Made by a program: the position numbers and the translations under genes. This document shows, one piece after another, positions 60,991 to 64,000 of a DNA stretch of 64,000 bases. Origin of the DNA: Woeseia sp. (GTDB lineage: Bacteria; Pseudomonadota; Gammaproteobacteria; Steroidobacterales; Woeseiaceae); the NCBI GenBank assembly GCA_013003155.1, contig JABDKF010000267.1, forward strand, positions 6,258 to 70,257. Reading direction: 5' to 3'. Under the pieces are notes generated by a model. The model was not told the DNA's origin. It worked only from the letters and a program-made list of their open reading frames with translations, and made no database searches. The stretch's first letter is position 1. Each line of letters starts with the position of its first letter.

Positions 60991-62007
60991 ATGGCGCAAA
61001 TGAATATGATCCAGGCCATTCGCTCGGCGCTCGACGTGGTCATGCACAAAGATCCATCCGTCGTGATTATGGGTGAGGATGTCGGCTACTTTGGCGGAGT
61101 ATTCCGCTGCACGGACGGGCTGCAAAGAAAATACGGCGAACACCGCGTGATCGACGCACCAATTGCCGAGGGCGGCATTATCGGTACTGCGATCGGCATG
61201 GGCGTCAACGGACTTCGGCCGGTCGCTGAAATCCAGTTTGCTGACTATATTTATCCCGGCTTCGACCAGGTAGTTAGCGAACTGGCGCGCCTGCGCTACC
61301 GCACGGCAGGAGATCTCACCTCCCCCGTCACCATTCGAACGCCTTGCGGCGGCGGCATTCGCGGCGGTCAAACTCATTCGCAGTCACCGGAGGGCATTTT
61401 CACGCACATTACCGGCATTAAAACCGTGATGCCGTCAAATCCCTACGACGCGAAAGGATTGCTGATCAGCGCCATCGAGTCCGATGACCCGATAATCTTT
61501 TTCGAACCCAAGCGCATCTACAACGGACCGTTTGATGGGGATCCGGAAAAGGCCGCCGTGTCCTGGGCTTCCCATCCGAAAGGCGAAGTTCCGGGGGACT
61601 ATTACACAGTGCCTTTGGGAAAAGCCGAAGTCGTAACGGAGGGCAGTGAACTCACCATAATTACCTACGGCACTCTGGTTCATGTTGCGCAAGCGGCCGC
61701 AACGTTGACCGGCATTGATGCTGAGGTGATCGATGTTCGCACGCTCGCGCCACTTGATGTCGGCACACTGACAAAATCCGTAAACAAGACCGGCCGCTGC
61801 CTGATTGCCCACGAAGCGACCCTCTTCAGCGGTTACGGGGCGGAACTTTGCGCTACCATTCAGGAAAACTGCTTCTGGAACCTTGAAGCACCGATCGAAC
61901 GCGTTGGCGGCTGGGACACGCCCTACCCGCACGCCTTCGAGTGGCAATATTTCCCCGGCCAAAAACGTATAGCAGCCGGGATTCGCAGTGTGATGGAGGC
62001 GGGATGA
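60991..62007 (+). CDS. bkdA2: Branched-chain 2-oxoacid dehydrogenase E1 beta
   Basis: GEDVGYFGGVFR, EIQFADY, GQTHSQSPE. Confidence 0.93.
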   Translation: MAQMNMIQAIRSALDVVMHKDPSVVIMGEDVGYFGGVFRCTDGLQRKYGEHRVIDAPIAEGGIIGTAIGMGVNGLRPVAEIQFADYIYPGFDQVVSELARLRYRTAGDLTSPVTIRTPCGGGIRGGQTHSQSPEGIFTHITGIKTVMPSNPYDAKGLLISAIESDDPIIFFEPKRIYNGPFDGDPEKAAVSWASHPKGEVPGDYYTVPLGKAEVVTEGSELTIITYGTLVHVAQAAATLTGIDAEVIDVRTLAPLDVGTLTKSVNKTGRCLIAHEATLFSGYGAELCATIQENCFWNLEAPIERVGGWDTPYPHAFEWQYFPGQKRIAAGIRSVMEAG

Positions 62008-63212
62008 GCGAGTACATCTTCAAGTTGCCGGATCTTGGCGAAGGAACGGTCGAATCGGAGATCGGGGAATGGCTTGTCAAAGTCGGTGACGCAGTCGCCG
62101 AGGAGGACGTGGTCGGCACGATGATGACCGATAAGGCGGCAGTCGAAATCTCCTCCCCGGTATCCGGGACGGTCGTCAAGCTCGCGGGTGAACCAGGCGA
62201 CATGATCGCCGTTGGTGCGCCGCTGGTGGTGTTTGACACAAATGCCGCGGGTTCAGAAAAGGCCCCGAAGGCAGACGCAGCCGCGCCACCCGCAGCGCAG
62301 AAGAAAACCGCGCCCAAGAAAAAGCAGGCGGCGCCGGCTGTCGATACCGGCAGCCGCGTGGTGACCTCGCCGGCGATTCGACGGCGTGCGAAGGAAGCGG
62401 GCGTAGATCTGGCCCAGGTACCCGGCAGCGGGCCAGGCGGTCGGATATTAAGAGACGATTTCGATAACTACCTTGAGCAACAGGGCAAACCGTTAACGCC
62501 AAGCGCGCCGACTCGCGAAACCAAAGAAATTAAGGTCATCGGCGTGCGCCGCATGATTGCCGAGCGCATGACGCAGTCGAAACGGGAAATTCCACATTTC
62601 GCCTATGTCGAGGAAATCGACATCACTGAACTCGAGAGCCTGCGCCAGCATCTGAACGCACAGCGTGCCTCAAGCAGACGGCTGACTCTGTTGCCATTGC
62701 TCTCCGCCGCACTCATCCGTGCTCTTGACAAGTTTCCGCAGTGCAACGCGACTTACGACAAAGAACGCAACGTCATCGTGCAGCATGGACCGGTTCATCT
62801 CGGGATCGCGACACAAACAGCCGACGGACTGAAAGTACCGGTGGTAAAGAATGCGCAACATCATTCACTCGACCAACTGTCCGACGAGATTCGACGGGTA
62901 ACCACTGCGGCGCGTGACAACACGATCCGGCGGGACGAGCTGTCCGGCTCAACCATTACGGTTACCAGCCTGGGCAAGCTGGGCGGCATCGTTACGACGC
63001 CCGTCATCAACATGCCGGAAGTCAGCATCATCGGCGTCAATCGCGCGATCGAAAAGCCCGTGGTCGTCAATGGCCAGATTGCGGTGCGCTTGACGATGAA
63101 CCTGTCGTCATCGTTCGATCACCGTTTCGTGGACGGCTCCGATGCTGCCGAAATGATCCAGCACGTACGCGGCATGCTGGAACATCCCGCGACCATTTTT
63201 ATGCACCCTTAA
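62004..63212 (+). CDS. bkdB: Dihydrolipoamide acyltransferase E2
   Basis: Lipoyl TDKA, SPAIRRRAKE E3-binding domain, DHRFVDG. Confidence 0.93.
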   Translation: MSEYIFKLPDLGEGTVESEIGEWLVKVGDAVAEEDVVGTMMTDKAAVEISSPVSGTVVKLAGEPGDMIAVGAPLVVFDTNAAGSEKAPKADAAAPPAAQKKTAPKKKQAAPAVDTGSRVVTSPAIRRRAKEAGVDLAQVPGSGPGGRILRDDFDNYLEQQGKPLTPSAPTRETKEIKVIGVRRMIAERMTQSKREIPHFAYVEEIDITELESLRQHLNAQRASSRRLTLLPLLSAALIRALDKFPQCNATYDKERNVIVQHGPVHLGIATQTADGLKVPVVKNAQHHSLDQLSDEIRRVTTAARDNTIRRDELSGSTITVTSLGKLGGIVTTPVINMPEVSIIGVNRAIEKPVVVNGQIAVRLTMNLSSSFDHRFVDGSDAAEMIQHVRGMLEHPATIFMHP

Positions 63213-63259
63213 TCCCGCTTGTAGAAACCAGGCCGTCGCTATTTGAGCAACATGAGCAG

Positions 63260-64000
63260 CTAGACGCTCAGCAGTTCGTTAAACAAATAGCCGACGAGTA
63301 AAATCTGCGGCACTGTAATCACTGGTAGCCAGATAGCGGTGCGGCGCCCGACGTTCGTCCATAACAAGCCGATTTCAGTATAGTCCGTCGCCACACCGGC
63401 CATCAGAAAGACGAACGGATTGCCCAGCACGTGAGTCTTGTTGAAAATCTCGAACGCTATTGGCGACGTGCCTTCACTGCAAACCTCGAGAATCGTTGCG
63501 AGAGCCAGGGTCAATGCCATGCCGAGTGCGTCCGGCCCCAAATATTGCATAAACCAGTGTTCGGGCACGTAGGCACCAATAACCGCAGCCATCAAGATGC
63601 CAATAAGTATCCACCACAGGACCATATTGCCGAGCGAGATAGCGCCGACTGCGATGCCCTGTGCTGCAGCTTTCGCATTGAATTCTGTAAGGCGCGACCA
63701 GCTTAGGTCCGTTGCCTGTGCGCTGCTAGACGCACTCTCGATTAAACCAAAGCGATCCAGCATCGTGAACGCAAACCCGGTCGTCAGCGCGATCGCCATC
63801 GCCGCAAATACTATCCACGCCGCCTGCAAACCGAAGAAGCTGAACAGCAGGAACGTCATGGGCAGATTCGCCCAGGGCGATGCCAACAGGAATGTGATTA
63901 CGGCTGGGACGCTGGCGCCTTTTTTATAAAGCTGGATCGCCAAGGCGAGGATGCCGTGGGAACAGGCCGACATCAGGAAGCCCGCAATGACAGCGTAGAA
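63260..64000 (-). CDS. Predicted permease (DUF318/ArsP-like), 5' part outside the window
   Basis: SACSHG and VCSEG motifs, multiple TMs; frame open to window edge. Confidence 0.75.
   Translation of the reverse strand, partial: FYAVIAGFLMSACSHGILALAIQLYKKGASVPAVITFLLASPWANLPMTFLLFSFFGLQAAWIVFAAMAIALTTGFAFTMLDRFGLIESASSSAQATDLSWSRLTEFNAKAAAQGIAVGAISLGNMVLWWILIGILMAAVIGAYVPEHWFMQYLGPDALGMALTLALATILEVCSEGTSPIAFEIFNKTHVLGNPFVFLMAGVATDYTEIGLLWTNVGRRTAIWLPVITVPQILLVGYLFNELLSV

Overview
Gene-dense, moderately GC-rich bacterial chromosome segment. It is most likely from a gammaproteobacterium (inferred from the polA-engB-cytochrome c4-dsbA synteny, fadE, pspF/pspABC, exeAB and yadGH), perhaps Woeseiaceae/Steroidobacterales-like. 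No rRNA, tRNA, CRISPR array, transposase or prophage gene was seen. In order, the window holds: a HAMP-PAS-GGDEF-EAL protein; an expanded psp operon with its sigma54 promoter and PspF enhancer repeats; a YtrA-type GntR/ABC module; an ECF sigma/anti-sigma pair; mdh; fadE; a mevalonate pathway cluster with an HMG-CoA reductase-mevalonate kinase fusion; ispA-dinB-exeAB and a FakA-FakB fusion; SRAP; yadGH; an orphan divergent FlhC-like / tandem-FlhD-like regulator pair; nudC; an arg operon; polA followed by an unannotated sigmaE-type sRNA; engB, c4, dsbA, an L,D-transpeptidase and azlCD; a DUF1538x2-PII-CBS module; a Rieske/COG1233x2/GcvT-like catabolic cluster; and bkdA1A2B. Three observations stand out. 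(1) The arg operon has no argA/argJ but carries a DUF1611-like P-loop gene, and its transcarbamylase has N-succinylornithine-type residues, suggesting a new entry enzyme for a succinylated arginine pathway. (2) A single-chain tandem FlhD-FlhD protein faces an FlhC homolog with no flagellar or conjugation genes nearby. (3) The post-polA sRNA has C-rich loops. All family assignments come from motif recognition by eye and remembered reference sequences; no searches were run.
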